Shown: positions 51,110-61,062 of the stretch, piece by piece
How the letters are laid out: each line of letters begins with the position of its first letter
Position numbering within the stretch: position 1 is the first letter of the stretch
Translations under genes and position numbers: made by a program
The notes under the pieces: generated by a model
What the model was told of the DNA's origin: nothing
Seen by the model: only the letters and a program-made list of their open reading frames with translations
Database searches by the model: none
From: Candidatus Latescibacterota bacterium
GTDB taxonomy: Bacteria > Latescibacterota > UBA2968 > UBA8231
Reading direction: 5' to 3'
NCBI GenBank assembly: GCA_965197905.1
Contig: CBDAOB010000004.1
Coordinates: 1,344,001-1,408,000 of the forward strand
DNA length: 64,000 nt

Positions 51110-51286
51110 ATTCGGCCGCGGTCGTTGCTTACATGCGCATCCCGATCCCACCGGGAGCGCTCTTGCGCGATCGGTCCAAACCCCTAGCTTAGCCGACGGA
51201 CATGCCGCCGGCTATTCTTCCAGATTCCTGTCCCTCCGTTCGATGGTCGGCGCGCGAAGCGACTCCCACTTGCCCAGGAAGGCCGC

Positions 51287-51880
51287 ATGCTGGAAATAAC
51301 CCAGAAAGCGCAGCACAAAATATCAGAGCTGATCGCCCAGAGCTCGGAGGAGAACGAAAAGCTGGTCAAGGGATTGCGGGTGGGAGCTGAAGCCCGTTCA
51401 CCGCTCAAGGTTGATTTCCGGCTCGCCTTTATCGGGGACGGCCAGGAGAACGCCGATGATGAGGTGATCCCCTTTCCCGGGTTCGAGGTGTATGTGGATC
51501 CTGAGAGTCTCCCCTATGTGGAAGACGCCATCGTTGACTTCGTCGACGGCCTCATGGGGTCCGGTTTCAAGGTGGAGCGCAAAGACAAGGCGATGCCGAC
51601 CGCTTCCGGTCCCGTCGCCGAGCGCATTCAGCAGGTTCTCGAACAACAGATAAATCCGGCCGTTGCCAGCCACGGCGGTTCCGTGGCACTGATCGACGTC
51701 AAGGAGAATGTCGTGTATGTCGAGTTGGGAGGCGGATGCCAGGGGTGCGGCATGGCCGACGTTACGTTGAAACAGGGGATCGAGGTCGCCATCAAAGAAG
51801 CCGTCCCGGAAATCACCGAAGTACTCGACGTGACCGAGCACGCAGACGGCAACAATCCGTACTACCAGCCTTCCAAGTAG
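51287..51880 (+). CDS. nfuA: Fe-S biogenesis protein NfuA
   Basis: Degenerate A-type N-domain plus NifU-C domain INPAVASHGG...GGCQGC; ends NPYY. Confidence 0.88.
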   Translation: MLEITQKAQHKISELIAQSSEENEKLVKGLRVGAEARSPLKVDFRLAFIGDGQENADDEVIPFPGFEVYVDPESLPYVEDAIVDFVDGLMGSGFKVERKDKAMPTASGPVAERIQQVLEQQINPAVASHGGSVALIDVKENVVYVELGGGCQGCGMADVTLKQGIEVAIKEAVPEITEVLDVTEHADGNNPYYQPSK

Positions 51881-51914
51881 ACCAACCACCCTTCCCGCTG
51901 GGCAGATCCACCTA

Positions 51915-53324
51915 ATGCCAGCCGCCGCCCTGCGCGTTCTTCTTCTATCCACCTACGAGTTGGGCCGGCAGCCATTCGGCGTCGCCTCTCCGGCAGCCTG
52001 GCTGCGGCGCGCGGGATTCGCGGTCCAATGCCGCGACCTGTCCATTGAGCCACTGGAGGACGAGCTCTTCGAATCTGCCGATCTGGTCGCCTTTTTTCTG
52101 CCCATGCATACAGCAGCGAGGCTGGCGCTGCCGTTGATCGCCAGGGCACGGGCGCTCAATCGGGAGATCTACCTGAGTTGCTACGGATTGTATGCGCCCC
52201 CAAATGAGAGCTACCTGCGCAGCCTGGGTGTTGAGTCAGTGCTGGGCGGCGAATTCGAGCAGGGCCTTCTCGACCTCTGTCGTTGGGTCGAGGATGGGCA
52301 ACCCATTGGCAAAGAGATTCCGGCGATCTCCCTGGCGCGGCAGCGGTTTCAGGTTCCCGATCGCCATGATCTTCCGGCGCTGTCGGAATACGGCCAGCTG
52401 CAATACCCAGATGGATCTCTGCTCGAGGTGGGGTACACCGAAGCCAGCCGAGGTTGCAAACATCGGTGCCGGCACTGTCCCGTCGTTCCCATCTACGACG
52501 GCCACTTCCGCGTCGTGCAACAAGAGGTGGTGTTGGCGGACATTCGCCAGCAGGTCGAGCGCGGCGCCTCTCACATCACCTTTGGCGATCCCGATTTCTT
52601 CAATGGGGTCGGCCACGCCATCCCGCTCGTCGAACAGCTGCACCAGGAGTTCGCGGAAGTCACCTACGATGTGACGATCAAGGTGGAGCATCTGCTTAAA
52701 CACCGCGACCGATTGCCCCACCTGCGGGCGACCGGGTGCGTTCTCATCACCTCCGCCATCGAGTCAACCAACGACCATGTTCTTCGTCTCTTGCGCAAGG
52801 GGCACACCCGCGAAAACTTCCTCCGCGTTGCGCGGCTGTGCACCGATGTGGGAGTCGGCCTCAACCCGACATTTGTCCCATTTACACCGTGGAGCGGCAT
52901 GGCGGATTACCTCGATCTCTTGGCGACGATCGTCGAGCTGGACCTGGTGGAGCAGGTCGCGCCCGTGCAGCTGGCGATTCGCCTGCTGATTCCGGAGGGA
53001 TCGGAGCTGCTTGCCTGCGCCGAAACGCGGAACGCCATCGGTCCCTTCGACCCGGAGCAGTTGAGTTACCAGTGGCGACACCCCGATCGCCGTGTGGACG
53101 AGCTTTACCACTCCGTCTACAGGTCGGTTTGCGAAGGGGTGGCGCAGGGGCGCTCGAGAGTGCAGATCTTCGCTGATCTCTGGAGGTTGGCGCACGAGAT
53201 GGAGAACTGCCCGACCCCATTGCCCCGATCGGTCTTTGCTCCGCCCCCGGTTACGATACCGTTCATGACGGAACCATGGTACTGCTGAGCGGAACCGCCT
53301 GCTGAGCCGGTGGCTCTGGTTTAG
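51915..53324 (+). CDS. CUAEP-tail radical SAM selenoprotein (UGA = Sec at 53286-53288)
   Basis: STYELGRQP N-terminus and SRGCKHRCRHC. Read-through gives EPWYC-U-AEPPAEPVALV-TAG, with a hairpin right after the UGA. Confidence 0.85.
53289..53321 (+). promoter_or_regulatory. Candidate bacterial SECIS element
   Basis: GAGCC-GGT-GGCTC apical stem with a G-containing loop starts 16 nt after the UGA; lower AACC/GGTT pairing. Confidence 0.6.
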
Positions 53325-53356
53325 ACCGAACAAAAACGACAATCGACGGGGTGGAG

Positions 53357-54586
53357 TTATTCGATCGCGATTGAAAGCGCCTCGTAAGCGGCGCGGAGCG
53401 CCCTCTCTACGGCGTCGGATGTCGCATCCCGGGCGAATATGAACCCGAGATAGCGGTCACCTTCGGGCAGGGGTTCCACGGGCGTCCCCATCGCGATACT
53501 GACGACGATCTCTTCCACCCCGGGCATCGTGCGGGCGGCATCTAATCCGTCGACTGCGCGCAGGATCCCGCGGCTGGGAACGGGAATCATCATAACCCCC
53601 GAGGCACCTCCCGTACGGAGGGTATCGACCGCCTGGCCGAGAGCGTGTCTGAGCACCACCTCCTCCAGGGAAATGTGGGCTTCGAAGCGCAGTGTGCGGG
53701 CGCACAGGCCCCCTATGGTGCGGGCGGCAATCTCCACGATCCAGACACCGTCGTCGTTGAAACGAAGCTCGGCGTGAATCGGGCCCTCCGTGAGGCCCAA
53801 CGCGCGGGCACCTTCGGCAGCCGCCGCCACCAACTCCTCTTGTAATCGCGGTTCGAGACGGGAGGGGGTTACATACAACGTCTCTGCGAAATACGGCCCT
53901 TCCAGCGGATCCGGCTTGTCGAACAACGCCAACAACTGCAGCTCTCCGTGTGCGAGCAACCCCTCCAGCGCCACCTCTGTTCCCGGGATGTACTCTTCCA
54001 CCAGGATCTTGTCTGCATCCACGCCGGACCGATCGGCAACGGCGGGGTGTGCCAGAATCCGGCGAATCCTCTCGAACGCGGCAGTGAACTGCACTTCGTC
54101 GTCGGCCCGGATCACTCCGCGGCTGGCTGCTAATCGAATCGGTTTCAAGACGCGTGGGAAACCCGGTAGCTGGTCGTTGGCCGGCCCGGCATCCGCGTCG
54201 CAGAGCACGATCTGGGGTGTCTGAAGGCCGGCGTCTCGCAGCGCACGACGCATCCGATATTTGTTGCCGGCGGCGCGCACGGAGGCGGGGCTATTGCCCC
54301 TCAGTGAAAGGGTCTCGCTGGCGCGGGCCGCCAACAGGGCGCTGTGATCGTCGACGCCGACTACCCCGTCGAGCGGCCAACTCCGGGCGAATTCCTCGAT
54401 CGTGTCTACCGCTGCGTCGAGATCGTCCAGGTTCACCGTGAGGGTCTTGTTCGCCACCACCGCGTCCAGAGCCTGAGGTTGCTCCGAAGCCACCACCACC
54501 TCGGCACCGAGCTCGTCGGCCGCTGCCAGAAACGGCGCCGCTTGATAGGTATAGGTGGGGAGGATCAGCAAAAGACGGGATCTCAT
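53357..54586 (-). CDS. ATP-grasp domain ligase (L-amino-acid-ligase-like)
   Basis: NKYRMR, LKP...SRGVIRAD, EEYIPG.E, HAE and EIAARTIGG motifs; ATG overlaps the upstream TGA. Confidence 0.88.
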   Translation of the reverse strand: MRSRLLLILPTYTYQAAPFLAAADELGAEVVVASEQPQALDAVVANKTLTVNLDDLDAAVDTIEEFARSWPLDGVVGVDDHSALLAARASETLSLRGNSPASVRAAGNKYRMRRALRDAGLQTPQIVLCDADAGPANDQLPGFPRVLKPIRLAASRGVIRADDEVQFTAAFERIRRILAHPAVADRSGVDADKILVEEYIPGTEVALEGLLAHGELQLLALFDKPDPLEGPYFAETLYVTPSRLEPRLQEELVAAAAEGARALGLTEGPIHAELRFNDDGVWIVEIAARTIGGLCARTLRFEAHISLEEVVLRHALGQAVDTLRTGGASGVMMIPVPSRGILRAVDGLDAARTMPGVEEIVVSIAMGTPVEPLPEGDRYLGFIFARDATSDAVERALRAAYEALSIAIE

Positions 54587-55569
54587 TCCGCTACGCCTTC
54601 CAGATGCTGAATGCCGAAACGCTTGAGGCGGTCGTGTAGCGTCGACCGGCTCATTCCCAACGTCCGTGCCGTGGCGGCGATGTTGCCACTGCATTCCTGC
54701 AGCGCCTCCCGCAGCTGCCCTTTGTCGACGTCCGCCGATGAAGCAGAAGGTGGGGGTTGCTGCAGACCCGCCAGATCGGCGATTTCGATAACCTGACCGG
54801 TACAGTTCAGAATCGCCCGCTTAATAGCGGCACTCAACTCACGTACGTTGTTCGCCCTCCATGGGTTCCGCCGCATCCAAACCATCGCCTCGTCGGAGAA
54901 ACCCTCTACCCCCTGACGACCGTAGCGCGTCTTGTACCGGTGGAGGAAGTCCAGGGCCAGAAGCGGAATGTCCGATGCGCGCTCGCGCAAGGGAGGAAGC
55001 GCGATCTCGTACTCGGCCAGGCGGAAGAACAGGTCCGGTCGGAACTGTTGTTCCAACATAGCTGATTGCAGATTCAGGTTTGTCGCCGCCACGACTCTCA
55101 GGTCCAACCCGATCTCCTTTGATTCTCCCAATCTGCGAATCACCTTTGCTTCCAAAGCCCGTAGCAGCTTCGGCTGGATGGCCAGGGGCATCTCCCCTAT
55201 CTCGTCCAGAAACAAGGTTCCGCCGTTGGCTTCCGCGAAACAGCCATCTCGCGCGGCGTGTGCGCCGGAGAAGGCACCCTTGCTGTGACCGAAGAGCTCG
55301 GCTTCCACCAGCTGCTCGGGGATTGCGGCCGCGTTGATTGCCACGAAGGGGTGAGCGCATCGCGTTGGATCGGCATCATGCACGGCTCGCGCGATCAACT
55401 CCTTGCCGGTTCCGCTCTCCCCTGCTATGAGAACGTTTATGGGGATTCCGAGAACGCGCCTGACGCTTTCCACTACCCCTGACAGGCCGCGATCGTATCC
55501 GATGATGTGCGAAAAATCGAACCCTCGATGTGTGGCAGCGGGTTTTTCTGATTCAACTCTGCCGTTCAA
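54583..55569 (-). CDS. Sigma-54-dependent activator (AAA+ and Fis HTH), no regulatory domain
   Basis: GESGTGKE, ELFGH, GAFSGA, LFLDEIG and a C-terminal HTH. Confidence 0.9.
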   Translation of the reverse strand: MNGRVESEKPAATHRGFDFSHIIGYDRGLSGVVESVRRVLGIPINVLIAGESGTGKELIARAVHDADPTRCAHPFVAINAAAIPEQLVEAELFGHSKGAFSGAHAARDGCFAEANGGTLFLDEIGEMPLAIQPKLLRALEAKVIRRLGESKEIGLDLRVVAATNLNLQSAMLEQQFRPDLFFRLAEYEIALPPLRERASDIPLLALDFLHRYKTRYGRQGVEGFSDEAMVWMRRNPWRANNVRELSAAIKRAILNCTGQVIEIADLAGLQQPPPSASSADVDKGQLREALQECSGNIAATARTLGMSRSTLHDRLKRFGIQHLEGVAE

Positions 55570-55766
55570 AACCGCTCCGCTGTTTGGTAGTGGAAGTCGC
55601 TATTGGAATTATGGTTCGCGGAAGAGCTGGACTCAAGGATAAAATTTTACGTTTTTGAACACTTTTTACGCTGGCGCGACACAAAATCGCCTGCCGTCGG
55701 TACCGCTTCGACGTGTACCGGTACCAGATCTTGCGGGTTGCGCCCAATTCCAGGTCTGCGATTTCC

Positions 55767-55782
55767 AACAAGGCCTGTGCCA
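55767..55782 (-). promoter_or_regulatory. Sigma-54-like promoter TGGCAC-N5-TTGT
   Basis: The minus strand reads TGGCACAGGCCTTGTT, with one mismatch at -12. Confidence 0.45.
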
Positions 55783-55848
55783 ACTCCTATCTACTTCCGT
55801 GTATTCGCCGAAACTTGCCCGCAGGTGAGAAGGTCACCCGTGGCGGGC

Positions 55849-55864
55849 GGGCACACATATTGCA
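55849..55864 (+). promoter_or_regulatory. Sigma-54 promoter GGCAC-N5-TTGCA
   Basis: GGGCACACATATTGCA with correct GG-N10-GC spacing, about 60 nt before the GGAGG RBS and GTG at 55927. Confidence 0.65.
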
Positions 55865-55926
55865 GCGCGGCGAGGTGAATAGTTCGCATGGTTGTCACCA
55901 CCACCTCAAACCGATGGAGGTTTATT

Positions 55927-56988
55927 GTGAGCACCGCGAACCTAGAAGAAGATTCCAGCTTCCCCGTATCCGTTTCGACGTGGAACCCAGCTCCGCACAA
56001 TCACTCGAACCCTCCGGTCACGCCCAATCCCAATGTGATGATCACCCGCAATCCACTGATGCGGCGGTTGTTGGCTCAGCTCGATCAGATCGCAGGCGCA
56101 TCGGCGACGGTGCTCATCAGTGGCGAAAGTGGCACGGGCAAGGAGGTTCTCGCACGCGCCATCCACGATCGCAGCCAGCGACATCGCGAGCCGTTTGTCA
56201 GCCTGAACTGCGCTTCACTCCCGGATGGCCTGTTGGAAAGCGAGCTCTTTGGGCACGAGCGCGGGGCCTTCACCGGAGCAATCAGGCAGCATGCCGGCCG
56301 CTTCGAGGTGGCAAACGGCGGCACCCTGTTTCTCGACGAAATCGGCACGGCCGATGCCCGCGTACAGCTGCGGCTTCTCCGCGTATTGCAGGAGCGGGAG
56401 TTCGAACGAGTTGGTGGCTCGCGGACCCTACGGGTGGATGTGCGGGTGTTGGCCGCCAGCAATGTCGACCTCGCCGAAGAAATCGAAGCGCACCGCTTTC
56501 GCGCCGACCTTTACTATCGCCTAAACGTTCTCCCCCTCCACCTCCCGCCACTGCGGGAACGAGCGGACGACATTCCGCTTCTGGTGGAACACTTCTTGAA
56601 GAGGGCCGCCGAGCGGAACGGAAGGACCCTGCCCGAGATCGAGCCCGAGCTGATGGGGCGCCTGACCTCCTACGGTTGGCCCGGAAACATTCGCGAACTG
56701 GAGAACGCGGTAGAGCAGATGGTGGTTTGTGCCCGTCGCAACTGCCTTACGGTCCGTGACCTTCCACAAATGCTCCTGGACAGGGACGCGACGGAAAATC
56801 CCAATGAGCTAAGCGCTTCGAGCTTTCGTGAGGCGAAAGAGATGTTCGAGCGCCGCTATCTCTCCGCTGCCCTAAGACGGCATCACGGCGTAATTAGCCG
56901 CGTGGCGACCGACATTGGCATGTCTCGTAAGAACCTATATATGCGACTCGAGACCCTCGACATCGACTACGATCGGTTTCGCTCATGA
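55927..56988 (+). CDS. Sigma-54-dependent activator (AAA+ and HTH), no regulatory domain
   Basis: GESGTGKE, GAFTGA, LFLDEIG and WPGNIRELEN motifs; GGAGG RBS. Confidence 0.9.
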   Translation: MSTANLEEDSSFPVSVSTWNPAPHNHSNPPVTPNPNVMITRNPLMRRLLAQLDQIAGASATVLISGESGTGKEVLARAIHDRSQRHREPFVSLNCASLPDGLLESELFGHERGAFTGAIRQHAGRFEVANGGTLFLDEIGTADARVQLRLLRVLQEREFERVGGSRTLRVDVRVLAASNVDLAEEIEAHRFRADLYYRLNVLPLHLPPLRERADDIPLLVEHFLKRAAERNGRTLPEIEPELMGRLTSYGWPGNIRELENAVEQMVVCARRNCLTVRDLPQMLLDRDATENPNELSASSFREAKEMFERRYLSAALRRHHGVISRVATDIGMSRKNLYMRLETLDIDYDRFRS

Positions 56989-58044
56989 GCCGCGGAGGGG
57001 AGTCACAGGTCCGCTGCTGAACCTTGTCATTTGCTCCTTGAGATAGGAGTACTGCTGGCCTGATTCGCCTTCGATCTGTAGCGCCTGCCGCATGACGGCA
57101 ATAGCGCGAGCGCTTTCTCCCTTGCGATAGAGTATCTCGGCGTAGGTGTCCAGGTAGACCACATTATCCTCGTCCGCCTTAACCGTTCGCAGAGAAAGAG
57201 TCTGCGCCCGATTCAGCTCGATGCCCTCTTCCGCATAGGTCCATGCGAGGTTGTTCAACACCAGCAGGTTGTCGCCATCGGCCTCGATCGCGCGTTCGTA
57301 GTAGGAGATCGCCTCGCGACGGAATCCGCCGGTGTAATACGAGCGGGCGATATCTACGGCACTGCTCGACGGCGTGCCGCTGGCCCGCAGCGCGCGCTCG
57401 AAATTCTCCGCCGCGGCCCCACCATCGCCGCGCTCGAGTTCGCACTCGCCCAATGATATCAACAGCTGAACATTCTCCGGTGCGATCTCCAGGGCGCGGA
57501 GAAGAACGGCGATCGCCTCGTCAACCTCTTCGTTTTTCAAAAGCAGCCGGCTCAATTGAACATGGCCGAATATCTCCGCTTCGTCGTCCGCCAGCGCTGC
57601 CTGGAGCAGGCGAATTCCCTCGTCAACTTCCCCCATCTCGGTATAGACCCAACCCAGGCTGGCCTTCGCCGCAGCGTCGTCGGGTTGGCGGTCGAGATGG
57701 CGTTGCAGAGTTTCCGCGGCCAGGTCGTAGCGGCCCACCTCCACAGTTACCCGCCGCAGCGCCGAGTGCGCCTGGTGATGGTCGGACCCCGTTTCCAACG
57801 CCTTTTCCAGCTGTCCATACGCCTCGTCGATTTTATTGAGTTCAACGCAGGCGAATGCGGCCATCAGAAACAACGAGCTATTGGGACCGCCCTGGCGGAT
57901 GGCGCGTTGGGCTTCGATCAAAGCGCGATCGAATCGTCTGTTCTTGAAATGGATCTCAGCCGACAGACGGTGATCGCCAGGGGCGCAGGGGAACTCGATT
58001 ACGAAGATGCCGCCCACAGCCAGGCATAGAAGGAGGTTTCTCAT
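56983..58044 (-). CDS. Tetratricopeptide repeat protein
   Basis: Hydrophobic N-terminus, several TPR-like repeats, LNNLAW..YLDTYA. Confidence 0.85.
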   Translation of the reverse strand: MRNLLLCLAVGGIFVIEFPCAPGDHRLSAEIHFKNRRFDRALIEAQRAIRQGGPNSSLFLMAAFACVELNKIDEAYGQLEKALETGSDHHQAHSALRRVTVEVGRYDLAAETLQRHLDRQPDDAAAKASLGWVYTEMGEVDEGIRLLQAALADDEAEIFGHVQLSRLLLKNEEVDEAIAVLLRALEIAPENVQLLISLGECELERGDGGAAAENFERALRASGTPSSSAVDIARSYYTGGFRREAISYYERAIEADGDNLLVLNNLAWTYAEEGIELNRAQTLSLRTVKADEDNVVYLDTYAEILYRKGESARAIAVMRQALQIEGESGQQYSYLKEQMTRFSSGPVTPLRGS

Positions 58045-59289
58045 TCAATACTCGTGACGATAGGTGTAGATGTGCAGCAGGATGCCGATGGCCATGAAGG
58101 TCGCCATCATGGAGGAACCGCCGTAGCTCAGAAGGGGAAGAGGAAGACCGGTAACCGGCATTACCCCGATGGTCATGCCCACGTTCACGAAGACGTGATA
58201 GGTTACCAGTGCGGCGATGCCGATGGCGATGAGACTGTAGAAACGGCTTTGGGCCATGGCCCCAATCTGCAACGCTCGACCGATGAGAAGGACGAAGAGG
58301 GCCAAAACCCCCAGTGCCCCGAGGAATCCGAACTCTTCGCCGATGACCGAAAAAATGAAATCGGTGTGAGCAGCAGGCAGGAACTCGTATTTGGTCTGGG
58401 TGCCTTCGAGAAAACCTTTTCCAGTAAACCCACCCGAGCCGATGGCGATCTTCGATTGGATAATGGTCCAGCCAGTATTGAGCCGGTCACTTTCGGGGTC
58501 GAGAAAGGTGAGAATTCGGGCTTTTTGGTAGTCGCGCAGAAAACTGGTCCACAAATAGACGGTGATCAGGCCGGCGGAGAGATTGACCGCCACCATCGAC
58601 ACCGTGACCCAAAGCCGCGATAACAGCAGGTGAATCGCTACGGAGCTGAGGATGATAAAAGCGGCGAAAACAAAGGGAGCCGCCGCTTGCCAGAGCGGCT
58701 CGAAAGAGAAAGCGACGCTGAGTATGGGCGATATGATGAAGAAGATGAAAATGGTTCGCATCCCCGCCCAATAGAGCATCGGAAAGATGACGGCGCCGAA
58801 GGAGAGCGCGGTGCCCAGATCGGGCTGTCGCGCAATCAATGCCATGGGTACGAGCGCCAGTAGCATCGCACCGAGAAAACGGCGTATCCCGTTGACCTCC
58901 TCCGCGTTCGAGTCTCCCAGGTACCGGGCGAGGGCGATGATCGTGGCGATTTTGGCAAACTCTGAAGGCTGCAAGGTCAGCATGTCTCCCGGACCCAGCC
59001 GTAGCCACCTGGCCGCGACCTCGCCCGATCCCCACACCAGGACCGCCAGTAAGCTCAGGAGACTGGCCGCGTAGAGCGCGTATGCAAGTCCGTAGAGCAG
59101 CTTGTTCGGCACGTATGCGAGCCCGACGGCTACCCCGATCGACAGGACCGCGACTCCAGCCTGCCGTTGCCAGATGCCGCTCGAGAGCTGGCTGTGGAAA
59201 GAGACGCTGTAGATGGCGACGATCCCCACAACAACGGTCAGCATCGCCGTAGCCAGCAACATATAGTCTATTTCGCGGCTGAGTTTCAC
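58045..59289 (-). CDS. rodA: Rod shape-determining protein RodA
   Basis: QPSEFAK, QPDLGT, SKIAIGSGG, HTDFIF and SYGGSS motifs. Confidence 0.95.
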   Translation of the reverse strand: MKLSREIDYMLLATAMLTVVVGIVAIYSVSFHSQLSSGIWQRQAGVAVLSIGVAVGLAYVPNKLLYGLAYALYAASLLSLLAVLVWGSGEVAARWLRLGPGDMLTLQPSEFAKIATIIALARYLGDSNAEEVNGIRRFLGAMLLALVPMALIARQPDLGTALSFGAVIFPMLYWAGMRTIFIFFIISPILSVAFSFEPLWQAAAPFVFAAFIILSSVAIHLLLSRLWVTVSMVAVNLSAGLITVYLWTSFLRDYQKARILTFLDPESDRLNTGWTIIQSKIAIGSGGFTGKGFLEGTQTKYEFLPAAHTDFIFSVIGEEFGFLGALGVLALFVLLIGRALQIGAMAQSRFYSLIAIGIAALVTYHVFVNVGMTIGVMPVTGLPLPLLSYGGSSMMATFMAIGILLHIYTYRHEY

Positions 59290-59292
59290 GGT

Positions 59293-61059
59293 TCAATTCA
59301 TGGAGGCGGCTGCGTCTACGCGTTCACCGGCGGGACGATCAACGCCAGCATGAGATTCGAAATACGCCTCCATGGTTTGACGCGCGATGGGTCCGGCAAC
59401 GGAACCACCTCCTCCTCCTCCTTCCACTACGACGGCCACAGCGATCTCGGGATTTTCGTACGGGGCAAAGGCGACAAACCAGGCGTCGTCGTTGTCGCGG
59501 TTGGGCACCTGCGCGGTGCCTGACTTTCCCGCTACCGGAATGCCGTTGAGCCGAACTCGGGGGCCCGTGCCCTTTTCCCCATATACGACGCGCAGCATCG
59601 CGATCTTGGTGATCTCAAAGGTAGCCGGGGATATGCCTTCGATCCGCTGCAGTGGGACCGGTCTCCCGGAGATGTAGGGGGTCACGAGGTAGCCTCCGTT
59701 GGCGAGTGCCGCCACGTAACGAGCCATCTGAATGGGTGTCGCGAGCATGGCGCCCTGGCCGATGACAAGATTCATTAGGTGTCCCTGGGTCCAACCCTCT
59801 TTTTCCTGGTAATACTGGCGCGACGGCAACAATCCCGTCTCTTCGACCGGATCGAGGTTGATGCCGCTTATCTGGCCGAATCCGAATCGCGCCGCGTAGT
59901 CGCGCCAGGTCTCGATCGTGAGTATTTGCGCCAGATGCTGGAAGTAGATATTGCACGAGGCTTCGATCGCTTCGATCAGGTTGAGCTCTCCATGACCGTC
60001 CCGCTTAAAACAGCGGAACACGACATTGCCTACGGCGAGGGAGCCGGCGCAGGCTTCGAAGGTACTGAGCGTATCGGTTATGCCGGTCTCCAAAGCCGCC
60101 ACAGCAGCCACCATTTTCAACGTCGATCCGGGCGGATAGGTACCGGAAATAGCCCGGTTGAGCAATGGCTTGTTCTCGTGCTGCAGCAAGGTCGAGCGCT
60201 CCTCCTGCTCCTGGAAGGAAACAAACACATTGGGGTCGAAGGCAGGTTTGCTGGCCAGCGCCAGCACGGCGCCCGTCTGCGGATCTAGCGCCACGACGCT
60301 GCCCGCCAGGGTGTCGGGCAGGGCGCGCTCCGCGGCTTGTTGGACGGCCATATCGAGGGTCAATCGCAGCTCCCTGCCCGGTTGCGCCGGCTGTTCCCTT
60401 TCGGGAAACTCGTTTCGCGTTCGACCCCGCGCATCGACTTCGATGTAACGCACGCCGTCGCTTCCGTGCAACGTGTCTTCATACACCTTCTCGACGCCGG
60501 TCTTGCCGACAAAATCGCTGGCTACGTACGCTTTGTCGTGGTACTTCTGGAGTTCGTCTTCCTGGAGCTCTCCAACGTATCCCAAGACATGGGCCGCGAG
60601 AGTTCGATGGGGATAGGAACGCTGTGGCTCCACTTCGATACCGAGGGGCCATTCCGCCCGCAGCCTTTCCTCGACGATGGATACGGTGCGAAAATCCACG
60701 TCACGTTTCAGACGCGGCGAGCGCCAGTTGGGGTTGAAGGTTATTCTTCCGCCGCCAATGGCTTGTTGGAGTGCCGCAACCGCGTTCTTGTCATTTTCCA
60801 CCGTCGAGGGAATTAGAAAAATGGTGTGGGATGCCCGGTTGCGCGCCAGGACTTCGCCATCCCGCGCCAGCACCAGGCCGCGCGGCGCTTTGATTCTTTT
60901 TTGAGCGATGCGATTCTCGTCGGATTCGCGAGCGTAGTCCTCCGAGGTGGCGATTTGCAGGTAGAAAAGACGAAAGATGAGGATGGAAAACAGAAGAATC
61001 ACCGCGGCCAGCAGGCCACGAATTCTTGAAGCCTCGCTATTCTCGGTCGACGCCCGCAT
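59293..61059 (-). CDS. mrdA: Penicillin-binding protein 2
   Basis: YPPGSTLK (SxxK), SCN and KSGTAQ motifs; N-terminal TM helix. Confidence 0.95.
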   Translation of the reverse strand: MRASTENSEASRIRGLLAAVILLFSILIFRLFYLQIATSEDYARESDENRIAQKRIKAPRGLVLARDGEVLARNRASHTIFLIPSTVENDKNAVAALQQAIGGGRITFNPNWRSPRLKRDVDFRTVSIVEERLRAEWPLGIEVEPQRSYPHRTLAAHVLGYVGELQEDELQKYHDKAYVASDFVGKTGVEKVYEDTLHGSDGVRYIEVDARGRTRNEFPEREQPAQPGRELRLTLDMAVQQAAERALPDTLAGSVVALDPQTGAVLALASKPAFDPNVFVSFQEQEERSTLLQHENKPLLNRAISGTYPPGSTLKMVAAVAALETGITDTLSTFEACAGSLAVGNVVFRCFKRDGHGELNLIEAIEASCNIYFQHLAQILTIETWRDYAARFGFGQISGINLDPVEETGLLPSRQYYQEKEGWTQGHLMNLVIGQGAMLATPIQMARYVAALANGGYLVTPYISGRPVPLQRIEGISPATFEITKIAMLRVVYGEKGTGPRVRLNGIPVAGKSGTAQVPNRDNDDAWFVAFAPYENPEIAVAVVVEGGGGGGSVAGPIARQTMEAYFESHAGVDRPAGERVDAAASMN

Positions 61060-61062
61060 GAC

